DNA of 64,000 bases from a virus (IMGVR_UViG_3300010885_021377:16142-80141); one strand, 5' to 3'. Positions 38,862-49,148 are shown, numbered from the stretch's first letter. Numbers and translations are program-made. The notes: generated by a model not told the origin, from the sequence alone.

Positions 38862-39526
38862 AACTTTATACGGTTTTTACAGAATCCCATATGGAGTTGT
38901 TTCAGAACTACTTCATTAAATCACTTCCATTTGATCCTAGATTAGAATTAAGAGTTTTATTCAAAGAGCAACTTTGTAATGCAGAGTTTAGAACGAAAGG
39001 CTGGAGAGAAACGATGTATTACAAAGTCAGATGCTTCATCCAAGCTGCTAAAGAAACTACGGACGGAGAATATTTCATTTTTTCAGATCCGGACATTCAA
39101 TTTTTTAGACCGTTTTATGATGATATTATGAAACAGGTTGAAGGATATGATGCAGCATTTCAAAATGATTACGGTGGCGGAGTTAATACGGGTTTTTTTA
39201 TAATGAAATCTACATCAAAAACTAGAGCTTTTTTAAATACGGTAGAAGGTAATTTAGAAAACTTCCCAGAAGAGCAAGTATGCTTTAATCATTTAATATC
39301 AAATTTTAGTAATCCAGATTATAATAAAATTACATTCAAAACCAAAATGCTTTCAGAAAATTATTGGACTTATGGTGCTAATTATGCAGCATGGGACGGA
39401 AACTCTAAATTTACTTTGCCGAAAGATATTGTAATGCATCATGGTAATTGGACTAAATCATTTGCAGAGAAAAAACAACTATTAAATATTGTAAGAGAAA
39501 AGTTTAATGAATTTGGAAAATTTTAA
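38858..39526 (+). CDS. Nucleotide-diphospho-sugar transferase (GT77-like)
   Basis: IFSDPDI, VNTGFFIM, EQVCFN, HHGNW pattern. Confidence 0.75.
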   Translation: MKLYTVFTESHMELFQNYFIKSLPFDPRLELRVLFKEQLCNAEFRTKGWRETMYYKVRCFIQAAKETTDGEYFIFSDPDIQFFRPFYDDIMKQVEGYDAAFQNDYGGGVNTGFFIMKSTSKTRAFLNTVEGNLENFPEEQVCFNHLISNFSNPDYNKITFKTKMLSENYWTYGANYAAWDGNSKFTLPKDIVMHHGNWTKSFAEKKQLLNIVREKFNEFGKF

Positions 39527-40373
39527 AAAATATATATTAGATATTCCTCAAGTACCATATCCACCATATCATGTTGGAAAGTATTTAGAAGAATATTTTA
39601 TTGATTTTTATTTTAAAAATAAAAACGATTTTGATTTAACTGGATATAACCTTTTACCAGTTTCGTGGACGAATATATATAATAATCATAATCATTTAGT
39701 TCGTGATTTACAAAAAGATTTAAATGAGTTGGATTATTCTGTAAAATATTTTACTGTATCACAACATGACGATGCTCCAAAAGAAAAACTTCCCCCAAAT
39801 ACTATAAAATTTTCTGCTGGAGGAAATCAACCGAATTGTGTACCTATACCATTAATTTGTAGTCCGATACCAAATATCAAAAACCCGATAAGGGATATTT
39901 TTTGTAGTTTTATAGGAAGTGCAACCCATCCAGTTAGACTAGATATGCTGCATATTTTAGTTAATAAATCAGAATATGTATTAAAACCTAAACATTGGTC
40001 ACCGTCAATAGAAGATACAAGACAAGATTTATTTTTAGATCTAACTTCTAGGAGTACTTTTTCATTATGTCCAAGAGGTTACGGAACAACTAGCTTTAGA
40101 TTATATGAGGCTATGCAATTAGGGGCAATACCAGTTTACATATATACAGACGAACCATATATACCATTTTCTTTTGATTTAAATTGGAACGATTTTTGTG
40201 TATTAATCGATTCTAAATCAATATATAATATAGATAATATATTAAAATCTATTTCAAATGAAAAAATAAATGAAATGAGAAGTCGGATAAATGATGTGTA
40301 TTATAATAACTTTACTTTAGAAAGTACGTGCAAAAGGATTTTAAAATATTTAAATTATGATAAAAATAAATAA
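39507..40373 (+). CDS. Exostosin-family (GT47-like) glycosyltransferase
   Basis: SRSTFSLCPRGYGTTSFRLYEAMQLGAIPVYI...PF...NW. Confidence 0.85.
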   Translation: MNLENFKKYILDIPQVPYPPYHVGKYLEEYFIDFYFKNKNDFDLTGYNLLPVSWTNIYNNHNHLVRDLQKDLNELDYSVKYFTVSQHDDAPKEKLPPNTIKFSAGGNQPNCVPIPLICSPIPNIKNPIRDIFCSFIGSATHPVRLDMLHILVNKSEYVLKPKHWSPSIEDTRQDLFLDLTSRSTFSLCPRGYGTTSFRLYEAMQLGAIPVYIYTDEPYIPFSFDLNWNDFCVLIDSKSIYNIDNILKSISNEKINEMRSRINDVYYNNFTLESTCKRILKYLNYDKNK

Positions 40374-41115
40374 TATATTCAAAGATGTATCTAAACAAGG
40401 TCTAGGTAATAGACTATTTCAGTATTGTTGGGCTAGAGATTTAGCTGTACAAAAAGGATATAAATTAGTATCTGATCCAATTTTAGGATTTCCTATAACA
40501 TATGAACCATTAAATGGGCATTCTACCACAGATAATATTTTAATAACACCAGAAGCTACACAAATATTTGATATTCCTAGAATATTAAACCATAATGGTG
40601 CTATTATTGTTGCAGGATATCCACAGAGATATCAGCATTATATACAAAATAAAGATAATATTAAAAGCTGGCTATATGTAGAAAATGAACAGAATTATGA
40701 TACTGTTGATCCTGATGATATTGTAGTTAATGTTAGATTGGGTGATTATGTAAATCTTGGTTGGGATTTAGATATGATTTATTATAAGAAATTATTGGAA
40801 AGAGAAACTTATAAAAATGCTTATATAGTTTGTGACGAACCACATAATCCAAAATTAAAAATTTTAACTGATATGGGATGTAAAATCAAAGATAATTCCT
40901 CTCATGGTAAATTAAAATTTTTAGCAGATTTTGTTTTTGTCAAATCTGCAAAAAAAACTATTATCGCAAATAGTACTTTTAGTTGGTGGTCTTCATTTTT
41001 AGGTGATGGTATTGTTTATTATCCTTGTCTAAAATTTCCTTGGTCTAAAAATCCAAGTTCTAATGATGTGGATCTACGGCCATATGATGAAAAAAGATAT
41101 AAATTTGTGATATAA
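40357..41115 (+). CDS. GT11-like (alpha-1,2-fucosyltransferase family)
   Basis: GLGNRLFQY, VNVRLGDY, IANSTFSWW. Confidence 0.85.
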   Translation: MIKINNIFKDVSKQGLGNRLFQYCWARDLAVQKGYKLVSDPILGFPITYEPLNGHSTTDNILITPEATQIFDIPRILNHNGAIIVAGYPQRYQHYIQNKDNIKSWLYVENEQNYDTVDPDDIVVNVRLGDYVNLGWDLDMIYYKKLLERETYKNAYIVCDEPHNPKLKILTDMGCKIKDNSSHGKLKFLADFVFVKSAKKTIIANSTFSWWSSFLGDGIVYYPCLKFPWSKNPSSNDVDLRPYDEKRYKFVI

Positions 41116-42026
41116 TGAACGAATTAAAGATACACTTTGTAGATTTTTGGCCTAATTTTAAAAATGATGATAATTATTTTTATCATTTGTTGTCCACAGA
41201 ATATAAAGTAATACTAGATGAACATGATCCTGATATATTATTTTATTCTTTTGATTATACAGGAAATCCACAGCATTACAAATATAATAATAAAAGATGT
41301 ATAAAAATATATTATACTGGAGAATGTAGTTTGCCTGATTATAATCAATGTCATTTTTCTTTTACATTTGAACACGAATATGACGATAGAAATTATAGAC
41401 TTCCTCTTTGGGGGTTGCATATAAATTGGTTTAATATTCCGGATGATTTAAATAGAGATCAATCATACTTACATCCATTAAATATGCTTTTAGAAAAAGA
41501 AAAGATTTTTAATAAGATTAAAAAAGAAAAATTCTGTAGTTTTATTTCTTCTAATCCAAAAGGAAATAGAATGAGCTTTGTTCCCAAATTAAATGCTGTC
41601 AAAAAAGTTGATTGTATTGGTAGATTATTTAATAATGTAACCCAAAATATTAAAGGAAGAGGAGATCAAATATGGAAAATAATAGAATTAAAACCATATA
41701 AATTTAATATTAGTTTTGAGAATACATCTCATGATGGTTATGTTACAGAAAAAATAATTCACCCGATGTTTGTAAATACAATACCAATTTATTGGGGAAG
41801 TAAAAAAGTTGGAGAAGATTTCAATTCAAAATCTTTTATATCTCAACATGACTTTTCTAGTGAAGAAGAAATGATCGATCATATAATGGAAATAGATAAT
41901 AATAAAAATAAATATAAAGAAATTTTAGATCAACCTTGGTTTATTAATAATAAATATCCAGATTTTATTCTTCCTATAAATGTTATGAAATTTTTTAAAA
42001 CAAAAATTTTACCAAAAATAACATAG
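41115..42026 (+). CDS. GT10-like (alpha-1,3/4-fucosyltransferase family)
   Basis: YTGE, KFCSFISSN, YKFNISFENTSHDGYVTEKIIHPMFVNTIPIYWG. Confidence 0.88.
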   Translation: MNELKIHFVDFWPNFKNDDNYFYHLLSTEYKVILDEHDPDILFYSFDYTGNPQHYKYNNKRCIKIYYTGECSLPDYNQCHFSFTFEHEYDDRNYRLPLWGLHINWFNIPDDLNRDQSYLHPLNMLLEKEKIFNKIKKEKFCSFISSNPKGNRMSFVPKLNAVKKVDCIGRLFNNVTQNIKGRGDQIWKIIELKPYKFNISFENTSHDGYVTEKIIHPMFVNTIPIYWGSKKVGEDFNSKSFISQHDFSSEEEMIDHIMEIDNNKNKYKEILDQPWFINNKYPDFILPINVMKFFKTKILPKIT

Positions 42027-42060
42027 TTGATATTAATATTAATTCAAATAAATATTTAAA

Positions 42061-42705
42061 ATGAATATAAAGGAATGGATAATTTCTAATTTAGATATTT
42101 CTTCTATTGTTTTGGAGGCAGGAACTTGCGAAGGATTAGATACTGAATTCTTTTCAAATTATTTTATAAAAGGATTCGTATATGGATTTGAACCTATACC
42201 AGATTTATATAATAAAGCATATATAAGAAATTCTCATAAACCAAATGTGAAATTATTTAATTGTGCATTAGGAGACAAGACACAAAAGGTTAAAATTCAT
42301 GTTAGTGATAGATTTAATGAATCTTGGGGATCATCATCAATTTTACCCCCCAAAAAACACTTATCAGATCATCCACAAATAACCTTTAAAAAAACTATAG
42401 AAATTGATTGTATAAATTTAGATGATTGGATGTCAGATAAAAATATACCAAAAATAGATTTAATGTGGTTAGATATGCAAGGATATGAACCAGTTATGTT
42501 AAAATTTTCTATTAATAGTCTTCTTAAAGTTAGATATTTATATACAGAAGTTTCTTTAACTGAATTATATGATGGTATTATATTGTATCCAGAATATAAA
42601 AAGTTTTTATTATCCAATGGATTCGAAGTAATATTCGAAGATTTACCTTGGGAAAATGGGGGAAATGTTCTTTTTAAAAATATAAAATTAAATGAAACCC
42701 GATAA
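42061..42705 (+). CDS. FkbM-family methyltransferase
   Basis: EAGTCEGLD, GFEP, IDLMWLDMQGYE. Confidence 0.85.
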   Translation: MNIKEWIISNLDISSIVLEAGTCEGLDTEFFSNYFIKGFVYGFEPIPDLYNKAYIRNSHKPNVKLFNCALGDKTQKVKIHVSDRFNESWGSSSILPPKKHLSDHPQITFKKTIEIDCINLDDWMSDKNIPKIDLMWLDMQGYEPVMLKFSINSLLKVRYLYTEVSLTELYDGIILYPEYKKFLLSNGFEVIFEDLPWENGGNVLFKNIKLNETR

Positions 42706-43399
42706 AATATATATAATTCACTATACTAAATTAAAAGACCGATATAATCATATCTCCAGCTTTTTTGATAGTTGTAAGATTCCTTATGAATTTATACTGG
42801 ATAATGATCAAGAAGATCTCACACCAAAAATTTTAGATCAATATTACAAGCCAAATAAAGAAGAGTACGAAAACCGAATTTCCAAATTATGGGATGTAAA
42901 TATACATAAATTTAGGTATCTTAATAAAGCTGAAATATCTTGTACTATTAAACATATAACAGCTATAAAAAAAATATCTTCAGAATGTCCAAATTATGGA
43001 TTAATATTAGAAGATGATGCAATATTTTATGATAATTTTAATAAACAATTTGATAAATGCTTGAATCAAACCCCAGATGATTGGGATTCTATTTTTCTAG
43101 GAGATGGATGTGGAGTTAATTTTAAAAGTTCAAAACTTTTAAATAGTAAAAAAGTAAATGATAATGTATATTTAATGGCACATCCAGCAACAAATTGTGC
43201 GGAAGCATATTTATTAAAACCTTCTATTGCAGAAAAAATATCAAACAGTATAATACCATTCCAAAATGTTTCAGATTGGGAAATTGCTTACCAATTATAT
43301 TTACACGATGCTAAAACTTATTGGTGGAATCCGTCGTTAGTTACACAAGGTTCTAGAAATGGGAAATTTGAATCTACTTTAGATCAAGGACAAAGATAA
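42692..43399 (+). CDS. GT25-like glycosyltransferase
   Basis: AEISCTIKH, GLILEDDA, AEAYLL, DWEI. Confidence 0.82.
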   Translation: MKPDKIYIIHYTKLKDRYNHISSFFDSCKIPYEFILDNDQEDLTPKILDQYYKPNKEEYENRISKLWDVNIHKFRYLNKAEISCTIKHITAIKKISSECPNYGLILEDDAIFYDNFNKQFDKCLNQTPDDWDSIFLGDGCGVNFKSSKLLNSKKVNDNVYLMAHPATNCAEAYLLKPSIAEKISNSIIPFQNVSDWEIAYQLYLHDAKTYWWNPSLVTQGSRNGKFESTLDQGQR

Positions 43400-43434
43400 C
43401 TTGAAAATAACTATAATTAATATAAATAACTGAT

Positions 43435-43941
43435 ATGGCTGCTGGAATAGGATTAATAGATTTGATACAAAACAATAAATTTAATGTTGGATTAGAAATT
43501 GGAGTTTCTTTGGGTTCTACTACAGAAATATTATTAAGATCTATACCTAATTTAAAATTGTTTGGAGTTGATCCATATATGTATTATATAGACTGGAATG
43601 GGAATGAAATAATAGATAACGATGAATATATGAATACCATGTTAAATGCTATCAAACCATATAACGAAAGATTTGTTCATATTAGGAAAACATCAGATGA
43701 TGCTGTTTTAGATTTTGAAAATGAATCTTTGGATTTTATATTTATCGATGGAGTACACACGTATGATCAGGTTAAAAAAGATTGCGAAAATTTTTATCCG
43801 AAATTAAAGAAAAATGGTTTATTTTCTGGTCATGATTATAACGCTATTTCAGTAGTGAGAAATGCTGTGGACGATTTTAAAAAAACTGTAAATAAAGATT
43901 TAAGTTTTACTAATAATGATGTTTGGTACTTTTTTAAATGA
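43435..43941 (+). CDS. Class I SAM methyltransferase (Methyltransf_24-like)
   Basis: LEIGVSLGST, GVDP, LDFIFIDGVHTY, GHDY; TATAAATA upstream. Confidence 0.85.
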   Translation: MAAGIGLIDLIQNNKFNVGLEIGVSLGSTTEILLRSIPNLKLFGVDPYMYYIDWNGNEIIDNDEYMNTMLNAIKPYNERFVHIRKTSDDAVLDFENESLDFIFIDGVHTYDQVKKDCENFYPKLKKNGLFSGHDYNAISVVRNAVDDFKKTVNKDLSFTNNDVWYFFK

Positions 43942-45029
43942 TAAAAGTTGCTTTTATTAAATTTGCTGGATTAGCGTCAGGAGGAACCGAAAAATATCTT
44001 CAATCTTTAGCATGTTTATTACCCAAAGACAGATATAAAGTAGATTATTATTACACTAATAATGCCCCAAGATCTAGAGAAACTGGATTTGTGCATCCAG
44101 ATAATGATCCATCTCGTAAGCTTTTGTTGGAAAATAATGGTATAAAAACTATTCCTATTCATATTGATATGATGGATATAGAGAGTCCATCAACATGGAA
44201 CGGTACTGATTTTTGGGAAATCTTTAAAGAATCTGATTATGATTTAATACAAACAGCTAGAGGTGGATATACTGAATATCCATTTAATTTAATACATAAT
44301 TGCCCCATAATTGACAGCATTCATAGCTTTCAAGGTGAAGACAAGCCAAACATTAAAAGAGCTATCCTATTGTGTAAATGGCAGGCTGAAAAATGGGCCG
44401 CTAATGGTGGAAATATAAATAAAGCCGTAATTATTCCATCAATAGTAAAAGTTCCAGAAAAGAAATCTTCTACAATTAGAAAAAAATTAAATATTCCCGA
44501 AGATGCATTTGTGTATGGATTTCACCAAGCATCTAGATCTGATATATTTTCTCCAACCTCAATACAAGCATATTCTATGATCAAAGATAGTAATACACAT
44601 TTTGTATTATTAGGAGGATGTCAACAACACATAGAAATTGCAAGAAATTTGGGGATTAAAAATATACATTTTATAAAATTTACAAGTTCAGTAGAAGGCA
44701 TACATGATTTTTTGGCAGGAATAGATGTGTATGCCCATGCCAGATCAGACGGTGAAGTATGTTCTGCTTCGATTATAGAAGCTATGTATCATGGAAAGCC
44801 TGTAATATCACATCCAGCCCAAAATATGGGACATCTAGAGCAAATAGATGGTTGTGGAAAAATGACATATTCGGTAAATGAATACGCAGAAGAAATGAGA
44901 TTATTAAAAGATAACAAAAATTATTACACAGAAAAATCAGAAAAAACTTTTATAAAATACGAAAATTGTTATAATCACCAAAAAATAGAAAATAATATTA
45001 TAAAAATTTACGATGATTTGTTGTCCTAA
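43938..45029 (+). CDS. GT4-like glycosyltransferase
   Basis: SGGTEKY, DVYAHARSDGEVCSASIIEAMYHGKPVI. Confidence 0.82.
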   Translation: MIKVAFIKFAGLASGGTEKYLQSLACLLPKDRYKVDYYYTNNAPRSRETGFVHPDNDPSRKLLLENNGIKTIPIHIDMMDIESPSTWNGTDFWEIFKESDYDLIQTARGGYTEYPFNLIHNCPIIDSIHSFQGEDKPNIKRAILLCKWQAEKWAANGGNINKAVIIPSIVKVPEKKSSTIRKKLNIPEDAFVYGFHQASRSDIFSPTSIQAYSMIKDSNTHFVLLGGCQQHIEIARNLGIKNIHFIKFTSSVEGIHDFLAGIDVYAHARSDGEVCSASIIEAMYHGKPVISHPAQNMGHLEQIDGCGKMTYSVNEYAEEMRLLKDNKNYYTEKSEKTFIKYENCYNHQKIENNIIKIYDDLLS

Positions 45030-45068
45030 CGGTAGTTGTTTTTCTTTATAACCTTTGTATATAATAAT

Positions 45069-45737
45069 ATGACTTTAGAAGAAAAGATTGATGAAATAGA
45101 TTTCAGATTAAAAAATGAAGCTAGAATTATTGCTAATTGGGATTATCACGAAGCTTTTCATTTGGCTTGTGGTGATGAAGTTAAATTAGACGGTTTATGG
45201 ATGGAATTTGGTGTTTTTACTGGAAGAAGTTTAGAGCAATTTTCTCGAAAATGTCCTTCTGTATTATATGGATTTGATTCATTTGAAGGTCTACATGAAA
45301 AATGGGATGATAACAACCCAAAAGGAGTTTTTAACTTAAATGGTAAAATCCCACCCGGATACATTGTTGGTGATAATCACTCTATGCATGATAGTTCTTT
45401 ACCATTAAATTGGAAACCTTGGCCTAACAATGTAAAATTAGTAAAAGGATTTTTCGATAAAACTCTGCCAGTTTTCCTTGAAAAATTCGAAGGAGACGCA
45501 GCATTAATTCACATTGATTGTGATTTATATTCATCAACAAAAGACATTTTTAAATATTTGAAAAATAGGATAAAATCTGGGACTATTATAGTATTTGATG
45601 AAATTACAGATTATCCAGATTTCAGATTACATGAAATTAAAGCATTTGCCGAATTTTTATTAGAAAGTGGATTTAATTATAACCCATTAATATATCAAAA
45701 TTTAGGTTGCAGTCAAGGATGTTTTGAAATATTATAA
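45069..45737 (+). CDS. TylF/MycF-family O-methyltransferase
   Basis: MEFGVFTG, GFDSFEGL, KGFFDKTL, IHIDCDLYSST, IVFDE; track start 45036. Confidence 0.85.
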   Translation: MTLEEKIDEIDFRLKNEARIIANWDYHEAFHLACGDEVKLDGLWMEFGVFTGRSLEQFSRKCPSVLYGFDSFEGLHEKWDDNNPKGVFNLNGKIPPGYIVGDNHSMHDSSLPLNWKPWPNNVKLVKGFFDKTLPVFLEKFEGDAALIHIDCDLYSSTKDIFKYLKNRIKSGTIIVFDEITDYPDFRLHEIKAFAEFLLESGFNYNPLIYQNLGCSQGCFEIL

Positions 45738-45755
45738 TTATTATCAATAATTATT

Positions 45756-46316
45756 ATGAATAATTATATAAAAACTTATTTCGAAGAAATACAAAAAATA
45801 ATAAATTTAATAGATAAATCTATTATTGAAATTTTTATAAATAAAATATCTAATATAAAAAAAAATAATGGTAGATTGTTTATATTGGGTGTTGGTGGTA
45901 GTGCTGCTAATGCTAGTCATGCTGTAAATGATTTCAGAAAAATTCTTAATATAGAAACATATGCAGTTACCGATAATGTTTCTGAATTAACAGCTAGAAT
46001 TAATGACGAAAGTTGGGAAGATTCTTATAAGAATAGTTTAAAAGTTAGTAGATTAACATTTAATGATGCTGTCCTTATATTCTCTGTAGGTGGAGGATCA
46101 GATACAACTTCCAAAAATTTAGTTAATGCAATGAAATATGCAAAAGAATGTGGATCACAAATTTTAGCAGTAGTAAGTAGAGATGGTGGAATAGCTAAAA
46201 TATTAGCTGATGCTTGTATTTTAATACCCGTTATTAATGAACAAAGAATTACTGCCCATGCGGAAGAATGGCAAGGAATTATTTTACATTTAGTAGTTAA
46301 TTATTTTAAAAAATAA
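45756..46316 (+). CDS. gmhA: Sedoheptulose-7-phosphate isomerase (GmhA-like SIS protein)
   Basis: GVGGSAANASHAVNDF, LTARIND, SVGGGS, HAEEWQ. Confidence 0.82.
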   Translation: MNNYIKTYFEEIQKIINLIDKSIIEIFINKISNIKKNNGRLFILGVGGSAANASHAVNDFRKILNIETYAVTDNVSELTARINDESWEDSYKNSLKVSRLTFNDAVLIFSVGGGSDTTSKNLVNAMKYAKECGSQILAVVSRDGGIAKILADACILIPVINEQRITAHAEEWQGIILHLVVNYFKK

Positions 46317-46317
46317 T

Positions 46318-47043
46318 ATGAATATAGATATACAAAAAGAAGCATCACAAAATTATCCAACTTGTTTAAATGACGTTTCATTCAATGATGGTCATTTGGG
46401 TGGATGTAATGTTAAGGGAGATCCCGGCACAGAATGTCCTAAAATGTGGAAATATATATGTGAAAAATATAATATTAAATCTGTTTTAGATGTTGGTTGT
46501 GGATTTGGGTTTCATTTAAAATATTTTAAAGATTTTTTAAATTTAAATATTTTTGGAATTGAAGGATCTGAAAAGGTACAACAAATTTCATTTTACCCAG
46601 ACAAAATAGCAGCCCACGATTATACTAAAGGTCCATATTTTTTAGAAGAAAAATTCGATTTGTGTTGGTCTGTAGAATTTGTAGAACATGTAAATCATGA
46701 ATATATACAAAATTTTTTAATTAATTTTTCTAAATGTAAATACTTAATAATGACACATGGATTACCGGGGCAATCAGGACATAATCACGTAAATTGTCAA
46801 GATTCAGATTATTGGATAAATCAATTGGTGAATTATGGATTTCACTTGAATTTAGAAGAAACTGATAATATTAGAAAATTAGCTATGGAAGATTATAATG
46901 ATTTTAGGGCATGGCAAAAATTAGATTTTAATAATAGACCAATTAGGGGTGTAGCATGTCAATATAATTATGATGTAACTTATTTAGAACCTCATGTAGC
47001 ATTGCATGGATTATTTTTTGAAAATAAAAATTTAATCAAATAA
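46318..47043 (+). CDS. Class I SAM methyltransferase
   Basis: SVLDVGCGFG, GIEGS, FDLCWSVEFVEH, HNHVNCQ...YW. Confidence 0.8.
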   Translation: MNIDIQKEASQNYPTCLNDVSFNDGHLGGCNVKGDPGTECPKMWKYICEKYNIKSVLDVGCGFGFHLKYFKDFLNLNIFGIEGSEKVQQISFYPDKIAAHDYTKGPYFLEEKFDLCWSVEFVEHVNHEYIQNFLINFSKCKYLIMTHGLPGQSGHNHVNCQDSDYWINQLVNYGFHLNLEETDNIRKLAMEDYNDFRAWQKLDFNNRPIRGVACQYNYDVTYLEPHVALHGLFFENKNLIK

Positions 47044-47044
47044 T

Positions 47045-47755
47045 ATGAACATACAAATTTATGCTGATACTTCTGTTTTAACAGAAATTTTTGATATATA
47101 CGAAAACAATAAATTAATTAGCGGATTTACCACTAATCCAAGTTTAATGCGTAAAGCAGGTATAACTAATTATTCTAATTTTATAAAAGAAGTTACGTCA
47201 AAGATAACAGATCTTCCGTTTTCTTTCGAAATTTTTGCTGATGAGTTATCTGAAATGGAATATCAAATACAGAAAATTTCTGAATATTCAAACAATATAT
47301 ATGTAAAAGTTCCAATAACAAATACAAAAGGGGAATCTACCGTTAATTTAATTAAAAAGATGTCAGATAAAGGAATTAAAGTAAATATTACTGCTATATT
47401 TACTTTTGAACAAATTTCAGAAATTTTTAATAAATTGAAAAATATTAATTCTTCATTGATAATTTCTTTATTTGCTGGTAGAATATCTGATACAGGGATT
47501 GATCCATGTGAATTAATATCAGAAACGTCATATAAAATAAAAACGAGCGAAAATAAAAATTTAAAATCTTTATGGGCTAGTACCAGATCGGTTTATAATA
47601 TATACGAAGCTGCTAATAATGGATGTGATATAATAACTGTAACTCCAGATATTTTACCTAAATTAAAATTAAAAAATAAAGATTTAAATCAATTTTCCTT
47701 AGAAACTGTTAAAATGTTTTACGATGATGCTAAAGCATCGAATTTAACTATATGA
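47045..47755 (+). CDS. tal: Transaldolase (small TalC/FSA type)
   Basis: YADT, GFTTNPSL, YVKVP Schiff-base lysine, VNITAIF, SLFAGRI, LWASTR. Confidence 0.9.
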   Translation: MNIQIYADTSVLTEIFDIYENNKLISGFTTNPSLMRKAGITNYSNFIKEVTSKITDLPFSFEIFADELSEMEYQIQKISEYSNNIYVKVPITNTKGESTVNLIKKMSDKGIKVNITAIFTFEQISEIFNKLKNINSSLIISLFAGRISDTGIDPCELISETSYKIKTSENKNLKSLWASTRSVYNIYEAANNGCDIITVTPDILPKLKLKNKDLNQFSLETVKMFYDDAKASNLTI

Positions 47756-48738
47756 TATTAACTAGAACTCCATTAAGAATAACATTGGGTGGTGGTGGTA
47801 CTGATTTGCCTAGTTTTTACGAAAAACATGGTGGGTTAGTCATTTCAATGGCAATTAATAAGTATATTTATATCACTTATAAATCAGATGATTTTGAACA
47901 ATTAACTAAATTGAGATATTCGCAAATTGAAATAGTCGAAGATTCTAAATATATAAAAAATACCAGAGCTAGAGAAGCTTTGCTTTATCATAATATAAAA
48001 AATGGTTGTGAAATAAATACGTGTGCTGATTTACCCTCAAATACTGGACTTGGATCTTCTGGTAGTTTTTTAGTTGGAATGCTTCATTGTATAAGAGGAA
48101 TTAAAAATTTTGATACAAAACCTAATACTTTAGCAGAAGAAGCATGTAAAATAGAAATAGATATATTAAAAGAACCTGTTGGTAAACAGGATCAATATAT
48201 TGCTGCTCATGGCGGGATGAAGATTTTTGATATAAATAAAAACGGGATAGTTTCTACAAAAACATTAGAACTTTCGGAACAATTAACTCACCAATTCACA
48301 TCATATCTTTGTGTATATTATTTAAATGTAAAACGAGATGCTTCTGATATTCTTTCTGAACAACAGAAATTAAAAGGAAATACCGAAGAAACTTTAAAAA
48401 TAATCAAAGAACATGGTTATAAAACTATAGAATATATTACAAATGGTAAATTTGAAGAATATGGTAAATTAATGGATGAATATTGGGAACTTAAAAAAAC
48501 ACTTTCTGATAAAATTTCCATAAAAGAAGTAGATGTAATATATGATTATGTAAAAAAACATTATGGAGTTATTGGTGGAAAAATAATAGGAGCAGGAGGA
48601 GGTGGATTTTTGCTTTTATATTGTATGAACGGAAGGAATAAACTAGATGAGTTCATGAGAAGTCAAAATTATAATAGATTAAATTTTAATATTGATACTA
48701 AAGGATCTACTATATTAGGTAATTATTCAATAAAATAA
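47752..48738 (+). CDS. hddA: GHMP sugar kinase (HddA-like heptose-7-phosphate kinase)
   Basis: TRTPLRITLGGGGTD, PSNTGLGSSG, GKQDQY, GGKIIGAGGGGFL. Confidence 0.8.
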   Translation: MILTRTPLRITLGGGGTDLPSFYEKHGGLVISMAINKYIYITYKSDDFEQLTKLRYSQIEIVEDSKYIKNTRAREALLYHNIKNGCEINTCADLPSNTGLGSSGSFLVGMLHCIRGIKNFDTKPNTLAEEACKIEIDILKEPVGKQDQYIAAHGGMKIFDINKNGIVSTKTLELSEQLTHQFTSYLCVYYLNVKRDASDILSEQQKLKGNTEETLKIIKEHGYKTIEYITNGKFEEYGKLMDEYWELKKTLSDKISIKEVDVIYDYVKKHYGVIGGKIIGAGGGGFLLLYCMNGRNKLDEFMRSQNYNRLNFNIDTKGSTILGNYSIK

Positions 48739-49148
48739 TGATTAAAGGTATATTAATAGGAGCTTTTGATGTTTTGCATCCGGGCTATATAGAAGCATTT
48801 GAAGAATGTAAAAAAAACTGTAATCATTTAACAATTTTATTGCATATCGATCCATCAAAATATAATAAAAATAAAATTAAACCAATTCTCAATTTACAAG
48901 AAAGAATTAAAACTTTATCAGCAATAAAATATATTGATAATATAATTCCTTATGACGGAGAAGATGAATTATATAACATATTAAAAGATAACTTAAATTG
49001 GATTAATTTGAGATTTATGGGAGATGATTATATAGACAAAGATTATACTGGGAAAGATTTGGATATACCGACATATATCTTAAATAGAAATCATGGATGG
49101 AGTGCTACAAAATATAAAAAATTAATATATGAACAATTCAAAAAATAA
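48738..49148 (+). CDS. Cytidylyltransferase-like nucleotidyltransferase (TagD/HldE-C fold)
   Basis: GAFDVLHPGY (HxGH-like), ERIKTLSAIKYID, RNHGWSAT. Confidence 0.8.
   Translation: MIKGILIGAFDVLHPGYIEAFEECKKNCNHLTILLHIDPSKYNKNKIKPILNLQERIKTLSAIKYIDNIIPYDGEDELYNILKDNLNWINLRFMGDDYIDKDYTGKDLDIPTYILNRNHGWSATKYKKLIYEQFKK

Noticed and set aside
38858-40373. Eukaryote-like GTs as evidence of a giant virus or eukaryotic contig
   Set aside because: Surrounding genes (gp20-23, gp55, gp32, gp45-47) are T4-like and the promoters are bacterial.
47045-47755. Transaldolase as a cyanophage-type carbon-metabolism AMG
   Set aside because: It is embedded and coupled within a sugar-nucleotide operon next to GmhA and HddA; no photosynthesis, CP12 or zwf/gnd genes in the window.
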